From an uncultured Spirochaetales bacterium (GTDB lineage: Bacteria > Spirochaetota > Spirochaetia > CAZWAS01): a DNA stretch of 48,646 nt. The notes below the pieces were generated by a model. That model did not search any database. It had not been told where the DNA came from and saw only the letters and a program-made list of their open reading frames with translations. The first letter of the stretch is position 1. The number at the start of each line of letters is the position of its first letter. This document shows, one piece after another, positions 18,026 to 27,270 of the stretch. The stretch covers positions 6,854 through 55,499 of the forward strand of contig CAZWAS010000008.1 in NCBI GenBank assembly GCA_964631915.1, read 5' to 3'. The position numbers were made by a program, and so were the translations under genes.

Positions 18026-18955
18026 TCAGCGGATTGTTGCCAGATACTCGCGGACACTTTCGATGTCCCGGTCGACTTGCTCCTTGGCTTCGAAAAGATC
18101 CCTGAATTTCCTAATCTCTCTCACATAGGCGCGAATTTCGAGGTGGATCTTTTTTCCGTAGATATCGCGGGAGAAATCGAGGAGGTAGGTTTCGATCGTG
18201 ACGTAGGGGAAATTGTCCACAGTCGGTCGGGTGCCGATGATGGTAAGCCCGCGGAAGGGTTCTCCGTCTATCCGTGTGAGGGTGACGTAGATCCCGTGGG
18301 GAGGGATAAGTTTGCGCTTGTCGAAGCCGACATTTGCCGTGGGCATCTTGGCTGTCCGACCGAGCGCCTTTCCGTGCTTCACAGGGCCGATGACGGTATA
18401 CGGATGGCCGAGCAGTTCCGCTGCACTGTCGAGGTTCGAAGCGGATATCTCTGCCCGCACACGCTCGTCGGTGACAATTCCTTCGCCGTCCCCCACCATG
18501 TCCACGAGCACAACCTCGAACCCATATTGCGCCGCAGCGTGCTTGAGGAGGTCTGCGTCCCCCTTCCGACCCTTTCCAAATTTGCAGTCTGTTCCCGCCA
18601 CGACGATCCTTGCGCCCAACGTTCCAACCAATACCTTTTTTATGAACTCTTTCGCTTCCCCATCCGCTGTTTCTTTGGTGAAGGGATATGAAACCATGAG
18701 GTCAAGGCCGGTACCGGATAGGAGCCTTGCTTTTTCGTCCTCGGTGTAAAGGATCGTCTCCTGTCCGAAAAGTCCGCAGGGCTGGAAATCGAGGCTGAGG
18801 AGTACGGAAGACATACAGCGGTCCGCGAGTTCCACGGTTTTCCGTATTACAGCGCGATGCCCCACATGAATTCCATCGAACCTCCCGAACGCCACGCACG
18901 TTTCCTTAAAACGAAAATCAGTACCGCGGATGTGATCCATCTTCCTCTCCTCCAC
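18026..18955 (-). CDS. ribF: bifunctional riboflavin kinase / FAD synthetase
   Basis: 309 aa. GRFDGIHVGHRAV in the FAD synthetase domain and GKALGRTAKMPTAN...GIY in the riboflavin kinase domain. Confidence 0.92.
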   Translation of the reverse strand: MEERKMDHIRGTDFRFKETCVAFGRFDGIHVGHRAVIRKTVELADRCMSSVLLSLDFQPCGLFGQETILYTEDEKARLLSGTGLDLMVSYPFTKETADGEAKEFIKKVLVGTLGARIVVAGTDCKFGKGRKGDADLLKHAAAQYGFEVVLVDMVGDGEGIVTDERVRAEISASNLDSAAELLGHPYTVIGPVKHGKALGRTAKMPTANVGFDKRKLIPPHGIYVTLTRIDGEPFRGLTIIGTRPTVDNFPYVTIETYLLDFSRDIYGKKIHLEIRAYVREIRKFRDLFEAKEQVDRDIESVREYLATIR

Positions 18956-18975
18956 CCCTTCCCTGCAGCATTCCC

Positions 18976-19938
18976 CTAACGTTCGAGTAGCGCCTTGGCG
19001 GTCTCCTGATCCGTTATAAGCACGTTGATATACCCCCCCCGCAGGGCCCCGGTTATCGCATCGAGCTTTGCAGGAGTACCGGCGATGCCGATGCGGACGG
19101 GTATTTTCAAGAAATCGTCAGTATCGATGGCGATGATTCGCTCGTCGAGAGACGTTACGACCCGCTTTCCTTCCATATCGAAAAAACGGGCGCAGATTTC
19201 TCCGACGGCTCCCGGAGCAATGCTCTCGAGGCGGGATCTTTCCCCCGTCCCCTGCGCCGTATCCGCAAACATATCGGAGAAAAACCCCAGATTCTCCAGG
19301 TTCCCTATGCCGACCGCAGCTATCGAACAGGACTTGATTTTTTCATAGGCGGTCCGGAAATAAGGTTCTTCCATAATGGACCGCCGAATTTCCGGACTTT
19401 TGACAATAACCGGAGCGTACAGTTTATTGACCGACGCGTTGAGCTTCCGCGCAAAACGGCTCACAATGTCGTCCACGTCGATATCGTTTTGTTGCTCGTT
19501 CCATCCGCCGACGAGTTGCGTGACTGCGAGCCGTTCCCTGTTCACAGGGGGCAAATTGTCAACGAGAGCCGCAGTAGCCCTCCCCCTGGAAAAGCCAATG
19601 AGGTCGCCATCCTTCACGATGTCGGCGAGGTACCGCCCTGCAGCGCTGCCGAGCTCGGCGTAGAAGTCATCCGATGTATCGCTCCCGACCACCCGAGCTC
19701 CGACGAGCGAATATTTCCGTTCCAGATCCGTTTCCAACTCGAGGAAAAGGGTTTCGTAGCCCACGACTTCGATTTTGACGATTCCAAGGTTTTCGCACTT
19801 GCCGAGGATTCGGTTCACCCGTTGCCTCGACATGTTCATCTTCTTCGCTATCTCCTCTTGAGTGAGTCTAGCTTTGTAGTAGTAATACGCAACACGGATG
19901 TATTCGCCCTTCGAGCCTTCCGATCTGTTCCCGCCCAT
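18976..19938 (-). CDS. SorC/DeoR-type sugar-binding transcriptional regulator
   Basis: YYYYKARLTQEEIAKKMNMSRQRVNRIL HTH plus a sugar-binding domain. ATG 19938 has an AGGAGG Shine-Dalgarno. The longer track ORF would overlap the ADH gene. Confidence 0.85.
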   Translation of the reverse strand: MGGNRSEGSKGEYIRVAYYYYKARLTQEEIAKKMNMSRQRVNRILGKCENLGIVKIEVVGYETLFLELETDLERKYSLVGARVVGSDTSDDFYAELGSAAGRYLADIVKDGDLIGFSRGRATAALVDNLPPVNRERLAVTQLVGGWNEQQNDIDVDDIVSRFARKLNASVNKLYAPVIVKSPEIRRSIMEEPYFRTAYEKIKSCSIAAVGIGNLENLGFFSDMFADTAQGTGERSRLESIAPGAVGEICARFFDMEGKRVVTSLDERIIAIDTDDFLKIPVRIGIAGTPAKLDAITGALRGGYINVLITDQETAKALLER

Positions 19939-19984
19939 AACGATCCTCCTGTGCGCACCGGAGCTGTATGCGCGGCTGCCGGCG

Positions 19985-21019
19985 TCAGCTGCATTGTACC
20001 ACGACCCGATATGTAGAGGGTACAATGGCCTTTTCGAAAGATTTAGACAGGCTGTCCAAGGGAATCCGTTCCGATATGAGGAGCGAGGGGTCGATAATCC
20101 CAAACGAGAGAAGCCTGGAGGCTGCGAGGAAGTCTGCGGGCGTTGGATTGACCGATCCGGTGATGATGGTCTCCGCCGAATGAATCACGTTAGGATTCAC
20201 CTCGATCGGCTTGTCCGGATGAAACGAGGAATAAAAGACCACCCTTCCGAGTTTTCCGACCAATGCCACGCTCTGGGCCGCCACTTCAGGGAGGGCTACG
20301 GTGCAGAAAACCACATCTGCGCCGCGGTTATCCGTCAGTTCCTTGATCTTGGCAACCGGATCTTCCTCTGAGGAATCGATGACGACATGGGCCCCCATTT
20401 TCTTAGCAATCTTGATCCTTCCCTTGTCGACTTCGCAAACGATCACTCGTGCGCCTTTGAGCTTGGCGAGCTGGATGTGGAAGGCTCCCATGATACCTGC
20501 TCCGATGATTACGACATCGTTTCCCATACCAATATCGCCTCGGCCCATGCTGTGCACGCCGCATGCGAGGGGGTCTGTAAGGGCGGCGTAGGAGAGGTCT
20601 ATGTCGGCAGCCATCTTATAGACGCTTCCGGCGTCGACCGTCATGTACTGTGCGAACCCGCCCGGGCCGATGAGCCCTTCGTGTATCGTGGTCTTGAACG
20701 CGGTGAGGCACTGGTTCTCTTTCCCTATTCTGCAGTAATAGCATTCGCCGCAAGAAGTGAGCATACGCATGGCAACCTTGTCGCCAGGTTTTACACTCTT
20801 GACCGCCTCTCCGATCGCTGCCACGGTACCTGCCATTTCATGGCCCCCTGCAAAGGGGTATCTTTTCATAATGCCTTGGTACACACGCTGTTCCATCGTG
20901 CAAATCGCACAGCTGTCCACATTGACAAGAACCTGTTTGCCTACCGGTTTTTTGAGTTCCAGCTCGCGTATCTCGACGCTTCGTTCCCCTACCAAAACAC
21001 CGACCTTGTATGTGCTCAT
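19985..21019 (-). CDS. zinc-dependent medium-chain alcohol/polyol dehydrogenase
   Basis: 344 aa. GHEMAGTV, a structural-Zn Cys cluster (CGECYYCRIGKENQC) and GAGIMG Rossmann motif. GGAGG Shine-Dalgarno present. Confidence 0.9.
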   Translation of the reverse strand: MSTYKVGVLVGERSVEIRELELKKPVGKQVLVNVDSCAICTMEQRVYQGIMKRYPFAGGHEMAGTVAAIGEAVKSVKPGDKVAMRMLTSCGECYYCRIGKENQCLTAFKTTIHEGLIGPGGFAQYMTVDAGSVYKMAADIDLSYAALTDPLACGVHSMGRGDIGMGNDVVIIGAGIMGAFHIQLAKLKGARVIVCEVDKGRIKIAKKMGAHVVIDSSEEDPVAKIKELTDNRGADVVFCTVALPEVAAQSVALVGKLGRVVFYSSFHPDKPIEVNPNVIHSAETIITGSVNPTPADFLAASRLLSFGIIDPSLLISERIPLDSLSKSFEKAIVPSTYRVVVQCS

Positions 21020-21104
21020 TATTGAATCCTCCGTAAAACGTGATGGCTGGCCGGTGCGATACGTCCTGCACCGCCGTGCCGCTTTTTCAATTCCCCGCTC
21101 TGTC

Positions 21105-21920
21105 TCAGAGCTTCGCGTTGAGCTCCTTAAGAGCCGAATCTACGCTGCAATTCTCATGTATCAATGTGGCTATGGCCGAGGCGTACCGCGCCGGAGCCTC
21201 GTGTCCCCATATGTTTCTCCCCATTGCGATGCCTGCTGCTCCGGCTTCCAGAGCATCCTTGATCTCCTGGAGCAACTGTCTCTCGGGTACCTTCTTGCCT
21301 TCTCCCAGGATAACGACGGGAACATACACGCTCTCCGTAAGCGCCCTGAAACTCTCCTGATCCCCCGTATATTCCGTCTTGATGATGTCAGCGCCGAGTT
21401 CCGCCCCTTGCCTGCAGGCGAAGGTTATGTTAGCCGGCGTCCTTGCATCGGTGCCACCATCGAAACCCCGCGGCAGCATTTCCGCGGTCAAGGGCAGATT
21501 CCACCGATGGGCCGCGAGAACGTTCCGAGAAAGCGACGAGAGTATCTCACTTTCGAACCGCGAACCAGGAAATCCCATGGTGATTACCGAATCTGCTCCG
21601 AGCCGGAGGGCATCTTCCATGGTAACCACCGTCTGCACAGGATGGGCATTGTCCCCTAAATGCGATATCCCCCCATCAACCCGAAGAATAATTCCCTTCC
21701 CCAGAAACGCTCCGGCGAATTTGTCTACCATCCCCACTGTGGCGAGGAATGCGTCTACACCGGCGCGGGCAACTTCGCTGATCACCTCTTCCGGATGTTT
21801 CAGCGCCGGAAGCACATTGAAGGTGATTCCATGGTCCATGGCCATGATGAAGGTCCTTCGGTCCGCCCTGAATATCCGGTTCATCCTATGCGTAATGCCG
21901 CTCGTTTTGCTCCCTCCCAC
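21105..21920 (-). CDS. class I aldolase (DhnA/FbaB/LsrF family)
   Basis: RIFRADRRTFIMAMDHG and GADIIKTEY (Schiff-base Lys region). GTG start. Confidence 0.82.
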   Translation of the reverse strand: MGGSKTSGITHRMNRIFRADRRTFIMAMDHGITFNVLPALKHPEEVISEVARAGVDAFLATVGMVDKFAGAFLGKGIILRVDGGISHLGDNAHPVQTVVTMEDALRLGADSVITMGFPGSRFESEILSSLSRNVLAAHRWNLPLTAEMLPRGFDGGTDARTPANITFACRQGAELGADIIKTEYTGDQESFRALTESVYVPVVILGEGKKVPERQLLQEIKDALEAGAAGIAMGRNIWGHEAPARYASAIATLIHENCSVDSALKELNAKL

Positions 21921-22140
21921 ATGTGCTGATTTCCCATCCTCGGCCCTTCACAGGTCAAAAAAGGATGGGAACCTATTGAACGTTACATTTGCTCACTTAC
22001 TATTACATTTGAATGATATAATAAAATGATATGAACGTCAAGAGGAGGGTGTACCGAACGTATGTGGCTATATCTCAACCGAACAGTTGATATGCAGCGG
22101 AACCGAACAATGGATCTGTGAGGCGGAATGATAATCCGTT

Positions 22141-23505
22141 CTACGTGCGCTTCTCGCGCTTGTATATCCCCGTATGGTGTATTTCGCGGATCAGCAGAAT
22201 CAGCGTGAGGGTTGTAGACAGAAAGTCGGCCATGGGATAGGACATCCACACACCGTCAACTCCGAACAGTCTGGAAAGCAGTACCACAAGAGGAATCAGG
22301 ATGAAGAACTGCCGTGAAAGTCCGAGGATAAACGATTCGGTGGGTTTGCCGATGGCTTGAAAAAAAGTCGAACCGGTGATCTGCACCCCTGCCAAAGGGA
22401 TAAACAACGCCATGATCCGCAGGACCCGCGATCCTTCCGTAATGAGACGATTATCCGATATGAACAACTTAAGACAGATCGACGGAATGGTCATCATGAT
22501 GAGAAAGCCGCAAAAGGCCACACAAAAGGCGGTGAATATCGCCACCCGCAGGCTCACCCTAACCCGGTCGAAACTTCGAGCCCCGTAGTTGTATCCGGCA
22601 ATGGGTTGAAACCCTTGGGCTACTCCTATCACGGGAAGGATGATGATCGAGTTCAGGCGGAAAATCATCCCATAGATGGTAATCGCATCATCGCCTCCAT
22701 ATCGTCCAAGGGTGTTGTTGATGATCAGAGCAAGGATACTCAGCCCGGCTGACTGAACGAACGCTGGTATACCCAGGATGCTGCTTTCCCTGAGGCATGG
22801 CCAATTGATGAGGAAATTCGCCGGTTTCAGGAGGAGGGATGTTCTCCCCTTCAGATAGAACATGAGGAGGTAAGCGCAGGAAACGATCTGACTTATAACC
22901 GTGGCTATCGCGGCCCCTTTTACGCCCATGCCGAATCCGAAAATGAATACCGGGTCCAGGATCATATTCGTAACTCCACCAATAATCATGCCGATCATGG
23001 AAGTTTTTGCATTCCCTTCGGCCCGCACAAGTGTGCTTGCGCACATCGACATGGAGAAAAAGAAGAACCCCGCAGCTACGATGGAAGTGTATTCCATAGC
23101 ATAAGGAAGGATGATCTCGCTGGCACCGAAGAGAACGAGAATCGGTTTCATGAAAAGAAACACGATAACTACGAATATCAGGGTTACAACCATGACGGCA
23201 GAATAGGCAGTTCCCGCTGCCTGCGCAGCAGCTTCGGGGCGTTTTTCTCCCAATCGTCTTGAGGCTATCGAAGCGGCTCCAACCCCAAGCGCTTGAGCGA
23301 AGGAAGAAACGATCATCTGCAGCGGAAAAACTACGGCGAGAGCCGCGATGGCCAGAGGTCCCACGCCGTGACCCACGAAAATCGTGTCGACGATGTTATA
23401 AAGGGCATTGGTGATCATGCCTATAGCCGAAGGGAGGCTCATCTTGATCAAAAGTGGAAATATCTTCTCTGTACCCAAAAATCCGGTTTTCTGTGCTGTT
23501 TCCAT
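22141..23505 (-). CDS. MATE family efflux transporter
   Basis: 12-TM protein with IFPLLIKMSLPSAIGMITNALYNIVDTIFVG, typical of MATE transporters. The internal ATG at 23505 (METAQK) is preferred over the track start at 23628. Confidence 0.9.
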   Translation of the reverse strand: METAQKTGFLGTEKIFPLLIKMSLPSAIGMITNALYNIVDTIFVGHGVGPLAIAALAVVFPLQMIVSSFAQALGVGAASIASRRLGEKRPEAAAQAAGTAYSAVMVVTLIFVVIVFLFMKPILVLFGASEIILPYAMEYTSIVAAGFFFFSMSMCASTLVRAEGNAKTSMIGMIIGGVTNMILDPVFIFGFGMGVKGAAIATVISQIVSCAYLLMFYLKGRTSLLLKPANFLINWPCLRESSILGIPAFVQSAGLSILALIINNTLGRYGGDDAITIYGMIFRLNSIIILPVIGVAQGFQPIAGYNYGARSFDRVRVSLRVAIFTAFCVAFCGFLIMMTIPSICLKLFISDNRLITEGSRVLRIMALFIPLAGVQITGSTFFQAIGKPTESFILGLSRQFFILIPLVVLLSRLFGVDGVWMSYPMADFLSTTLTLILLIREIHHTGIYKREKRT

Positions 23506-23545
23506 CTGTTTCACCCTGTGTGAGAAGGATAGTGCCATGTTTTCG

Positions 23546-23577
23546 AAATATATGCAAGCAAGTGCTTGCATATATTT
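23546..23577. promoter_or_regulatory. 15-bp-arm perfect inverted repeat, candidate TetR operator
   Basis: AAATATATGCAAGCA-AG-TGCTTGCATATATTT lies between the divergent MATE and TetR genes. An extra half-site CTTGCATAT is at 23578-23586, and a TATAAT is at 23601-23606. Confidence 0.5.
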
Positions 23578-23612
23578 CTTGCATATTCCGGTTTCTCTGT
23601 TATAATGAAACA

Positions 23613-24200
23613 ATGAGCACCGAAACACGAGCGAGAATCCTGGATGCCGCTCTTCGGCTCTTTTCCCTCCACGGATACTCCGCTGTTACCACCAAGGAGA
23701 TAGCTGCCGCTGCAGGGGTAAACGAGGTTACCCTATTCCGGATATTCGGAAGAAAAATGAATTTATATATTGAAGTTTTCAATACCTTCGCGGTGAAGCC
23801 GAGCCCGCAGCTCCTTCTCGGGCATATTTCATACGACCCTGTCACAGATCTTCCTGTAATAGGGGCAGTCATTGTGGATCTGTTTCTCTCCAATTCGCGG
23901 ATTGTCAACATGAGCCTGAAAGCGGTGGAAAAGGAGATAAAGGAGATAGCGGAAACATTGAAACAGCAAATTGAGGATATAGGCATAATACTGATCCCCT
24001 ATTTCAAAAAACTGAAGACTCGACGGATCATCTCCGGCTCTCCCGAAGACCTTGCGGTTTTGTTCGCCGATGCGATCTTCGGATACGCAGTTCATTCGAT
24101 GCGCACAGGAAAACTGGAGGACCTGAACAGGAACAGCGCCATGCTTTCGGAAGTGTTCGCCCGAGGTATACTGGCGGACAGGGTTTCGAACCGCGGATAG
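23613..24200 (+). CDS. TetR/AcrR family transcriptional regulator
   Basis: RARILDAALRLFSLHGYSAVTTKEIAAAAGVNEVTLFRIFG HTH. ATG 23613 is in frame within the longer track ORF. Confidence 0.86.
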   Translation: MSTETRARILDAALRLFSLHGYSAVTTKEIAAAAGVNEVTLFRIFGRKMNLYIEVFNTFAVKPSPQLLLGHISYDPVTDLPVIGAVIVDLFLSNSRIVNMSLKAVEKEIKEIAETLKQQIEDIGIILIPYFKKLKTRRIISGSPEDLAVLFADAIFGYAVHSMRTGKLEDLNRNSAMLSEVFARGILADRVSNRG

Positions 24201-24392
24201 ATTGAACATCAGGATCATCCTTTACACTCCTACAGGCCCAAAGTATAAAGTATGATTGTGCTGCACAGTGTGTGTGCAAATAGAGAAAAATCTATAAGTT
24301 GACATACAAAGCTATTACCTATCAATGCATACTTAACCATTGACAATGCATATAATATAAGTTATTTTTTATGCATGTATAGGAGGATTGAT

Positions 24393-24584
24393 ATGCGTAC
24401 AACCTTAGACCTTCCTAAGGAACTCATAGAAGAGGCAATGGCAATTACCCACAGTGCAACAAAAACGGATCTTATTAAAACCGCTTTACAAAACCTCATC
24501 CAGAAAGAGAAGATTAAGGAGATAAAACAATACTTCGGAAAGATCAATTTAGATATTGATCTTGATTCATTGAGGAAGCGATGA
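24393..24584 (+). CDS. vapB: type II antitoxin, VapB-like
   Basis: 63 aa (MRTTLDLPKELIEEAMAIT...). An AGGAGG Shine-Dalgarno lies 6 nt upstream. ATGA overlap with the PIN gene. Confidence 0.72.
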   Translation: MRTTLDLPKELIEEAMAITHSATKTDLIKTALQNLIQKEKIKEIKQYFGKINLDIDLDSLRKR

Positions 24585-24967
24585 ATACAATTCTTGTTGA
24601 TACATCAGTATGGATAGCTTTTTTTAGAGGACGCGAAGAAGCAAAAACTCTCTTTCCTTTACTAGAGGCTAATCAACTCTGTACAAATGATTTAATACTT
24701 GCAGAACTCATTCCATTTTTAAAGCATAAAAGGGAAACAACGGTAATTGGATTATTGAATACACTTGAAAGAATAAAGATAGAAATTGAGTGGAATGAAA
24801 TCATAGAAATGCAAACAAGAAATTTAAAGAATGGAATAAACCGAGTTGGAATCCCTGACCTCATCATAGCACAGAATGCGATTCGGAATAAGATAAAACT
24901 ATTCAGTTTTGACAAGCATTTTGAACTTATGAAGAATATAGGATTAAACCTGTTTGAAATGAAATAG
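24581..24967 (+). CDS. vapC: PIN-domain toxin, VapC
   Basis: ILVDTSVWIAFFRG...NDLILAELI...DLIIAQNAI carries the PIN acidic residues. Strongly AT-rich relative to the flanks. Confidence 0.85.
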   Translation: MNTILVDTSVWIAFFRGREEAKTLFPLLEANQLCTNDLILAELIPFLKHKRETTVIGLLNTLERIKIEIEWNEIIEMQTRNLKNGINRVGIPDLIIAQNAIRNKIKLFSFDKHFELMKNIGLNLFEMK

Positions 24968-25314
24968 AAGAACGAAAGAGGTGAAAAAAAACATCGAACA
25001 CCTATAAGGCCTCCGCGTTTCAAGAGGAAACGTTCTCCCCCGCCCCACGTTTCATCGTTTCCTTTGAGTTGCTGCCTGACGAATCGAACCGGAGATATCA
25101 CGCCGTCTGAATCGAAATTCACTGATGGAAGAGCAGAACGCGGTCTGCACCAAACACATATCGACGATCATGCATGAAAGAACCTGCATGTCGTAGAATC
25201 TATGCGGTACCCGCATCCGCCTGATTCAAAAGAAGGAGGTCACACGGAGTGCCTCAGGTAGGTGCGCAAGTCGGCGCGGGACAAACCGCGGGATACGCCC
25301 GGAGTGACTCGTAT

Positions 25315-25970
25315 TTAGAAAGAACAGGGATCGACGCGAGAGATCCAATCAATCGCATGGGACTCAAGCGAGGGGTGAGCAGGAAGCGCCGTGGCGCTCA
25401 TGAGCCGCAGAGGATAAGCGCATCGTAAGGCTGCTCGTCGCATAACCGGTCCAGGTAGGCTGCGGGACTCTCCGCGCCATCCCCGAAGAAACGGTTTCTG
25501 CTGATGGCCTCCTTTCATGCGGTTGCCGACCGACACATGAGTGCACTTCACCAGCCGTAGGTAGCGGATGAAGCTGCCCATGGTGAGGAATCGGTGTATG
25601 GCGTGGATCTCGTAGAGGATCAAAAGGGCGATACTCGGGCCGACCGACGCCCGGAATCGTTCGAAGGATATGAAACGCGATGAGATCATGCTCCTTGGTC
25701 TGGCGCTGGATCTGCGATTTCAAGTCCAGCAGAATGCGATGATAGGAGCACGAGATCAGCCTCGATGCTTTTTTCTGACACTCGGATCGGCGAAACCTTC
25801 TTCGAGTCCCTGGCGATTGACCGCCAACTGGAGGCGTTTCTCGAAAGCCGGTAGTTGCACTGAGTGTTCGTGTTCTGCAGGACGGTCAGCTTCGGAAATG
25901 TATCCAAGAAAAAGAGTTTCGAAAAAGCGCGAGTATCACTATCCTCGCAATAGCCTACTAACACGGGCAA
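25315..25970 (-). pseudogene. IS110-family transposase remnant (5'-truncated, frameshifted)
   Basis: Three minus-strand frames together give ...LQNTNTQCNY...EKSIEADLVLL... / ...ILRTIPGVG / PSIALLILYEIHAIHRFLTMGSFIRYLRLVKCTHVSVGNRMKGG. This matches the middle and Transposase_20 regions of IS110-type enzymes. No DEDD N-terminal domain is present. Confidence 0.6.
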
Positions 25971-25993
25971 AGTAATAAATTTATAATATTACC

Positions 25994-26022
25994 TTGACAA
26001 TCATAGTAGTATGTCGTATATT
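25994..26022 (+). promoter_or_regulatory. sigma70-like promoter for the PadR cassette
   Basis: TTGACA (25994-25999), 17-nt spacer, TATATT (26017-26022). It ends 20 nt before ATG 26043, which has a GGAGG Shine-Dalgarno. Confidence 0.45.
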
Positions 26023-26042
26023 GGAAATGTGGAGGTGATTAT

Positions 26043-26372
26043 ATGAGCGATAACAAGATCACATCCGACCTGCTGCGCGGCCATACCGACACGATGATAT
26101 TACGGCTCTTGTCCGAAGCTGACCGCTACGGTTACGAGATTGTCAAGCTGATTGCCGCGCGCTCAGGCGGCGAATATGAATTAAAGGAAGCCACTATGTA
26201 CTCCAGCGTCCGGCGGCTTGAAGCGGAGGGTGATATCGAGTGGTATTGGGGCAACGAATCCCAGGGCGGACGGCGTAAGTATTTCAGAATCACCGAAAAG
26301 GGTAAGGCTACGTATGTCCATAATAAAAGCAATTGGGAGTACGCAAAGCGCGTGCTCGATACATTATTATAA
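26043..26372 (+). CDS. PadR family transcriptional regulator
   Basis: LLRGHTDTMILRLLSEADRYGYEIVKLI...GRRKYFRITEKGK. Confidence 0.9.
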   Translation: MSDNKITSDLLRGHTDTMILRLLSEADRYGYEIVKLIAARSGGEYELKEATMYSSVRRLEAEGDIEWYWGNESQGGRRKYFRITEKGKATYVHNKSNWEYAKRVLDTLL

Positions 26373-26386
26373 GGAGATTTGATAGT

Positions 26387-27259
26387 ATGAATGAAAAACT
26401 GACAAACTATTTGAATAGCGTTTTTGCGCCTTATGATGGGGTAAAAAGCGTGGCCGAACTGAAGACAGATCTGCTTTCCGATTTGCAGGAACGGTTCCGC
26501 GAGCTCAAAGCCGAGGGCAAGGATGATGAAACAGCTTTTCAGATGACCGTCGACAGCATCGGCGACATCGAGCAAACGGTGCAAGAGGTTGCCAATCTCT
26601 CCCGCTCGCTGGAACGCCAGGTGCTGACAAACTTCAGCGCGAGCAACCTTCCGCAGAGCGATTTCGCGGGTGTTACCGCACATAAAGCAAAATTTGAAGC
26701 GAGCGCGCTGCGCGGCTCCGACTTTTCAGGCGCAGACCTGACCGGCAGCTCATTCAAGGCCAGCGATGTGCGCGAAGCCAATTTCGACGGCGCAAATCTG
26801 ACAGACTGCACCCTGTCGACCAGCGATCTTACGGGTGCGAGCTTCAACAAAACCATTCTGGTACGCACCGAATTCGGCACGTCGGGGCTGGCCGGAGCAA
26901 AATTCACCGATGTAAAACTGATCGATGTAAAGCTGAGCATGATCGACCTCAGAGAAACGATCTTTGAGAACTGCAGCTTCAATGGCGTTGACTTCAAATA
27001 CTGCGACCTGCGAGGGTTGTGCCTGGATGGCCTGACTTTTATCGGCGTCAAGTTTGACGGGACAAGCCTGAACGAAGTTACGTTTAAGGGCGCAACACTT
27101 AAGAATGTGTCTTTCCGTCCGGCGTTTGCCTTAACCAACAAAAACTACCGTGCCATGAAAACCATCAATTTCGACGGTGCGATGATGGATAAATTGACCT
27201 ATGCCGCGCTCAAAGGTTTGGGAGTCGATTTCGATTTATCAAAGGTTACTGTCATATAA
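26387..27259 (+). CDS. pentapeptide-repeat protein with PadR-associated N-terminal prefix domain
   Basis: N-terminal MNEKLTNYLNSVFAPYDG...DDETAFQMTVDSIGDIEQ, then about 35 consecutive A(D/N)LxX-type pentapeptides (GSDFSGADLTGSSFKASDVREANFDGANLTDCTL...). Confidence 0.82.
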   Translation: MNEKLTNYLNSVFAPYDGVKSVAELKTDLLSDLQERFRELKAEGKDDETAFQMTVDSIGDIEQTVQEVANLSRSLERQVLTNFSASNLPQSDFAGVTAHKAKFEASALRGSDFSGADLTGSSFKASDVREANFDGANLTDCTLSTSDLTGASFNKTILVRTEFGTSGLAGAKFTDVKLIDVKLSMIDLRETIFENCSFNGVDFKYCDLRGLCLDGLTFIGVKFDGTSLNEVTFKGATLKNVSFRPAFALTNKNYRAMKTINFDGAMMDKLTYAALKGLGVDFDLSKVTVI

Positions 27260-27270
27260 GGAGTAAGAAT

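Noticed and set aside
19939-20103. N-terminal 55-codon extension of the SorC regulator ORF in the track (start at 20103).
   Set aside because: It would overlap the 3' end of the ADH gene by about 120 nt. The internal ATG at 19938 has a perfect AGGAGG Shine-Dalgarno, and the HTH begins shortly after it.
23506-23628. N-terminal extensions of the MATE ORF (to 23628) and the TetR ORF (from 23454).
   Set aside because: Both extensions read through the shared operator/promoter palindrome and overlap each other. The conserved family N-termini begin at 23505 and 23613.
24673-25122. 149-aa minus-strand ORF.
   Set aside because: Antisense to vapC in AT-rich DNA. Low-complexity, F/I/S-rich translation.
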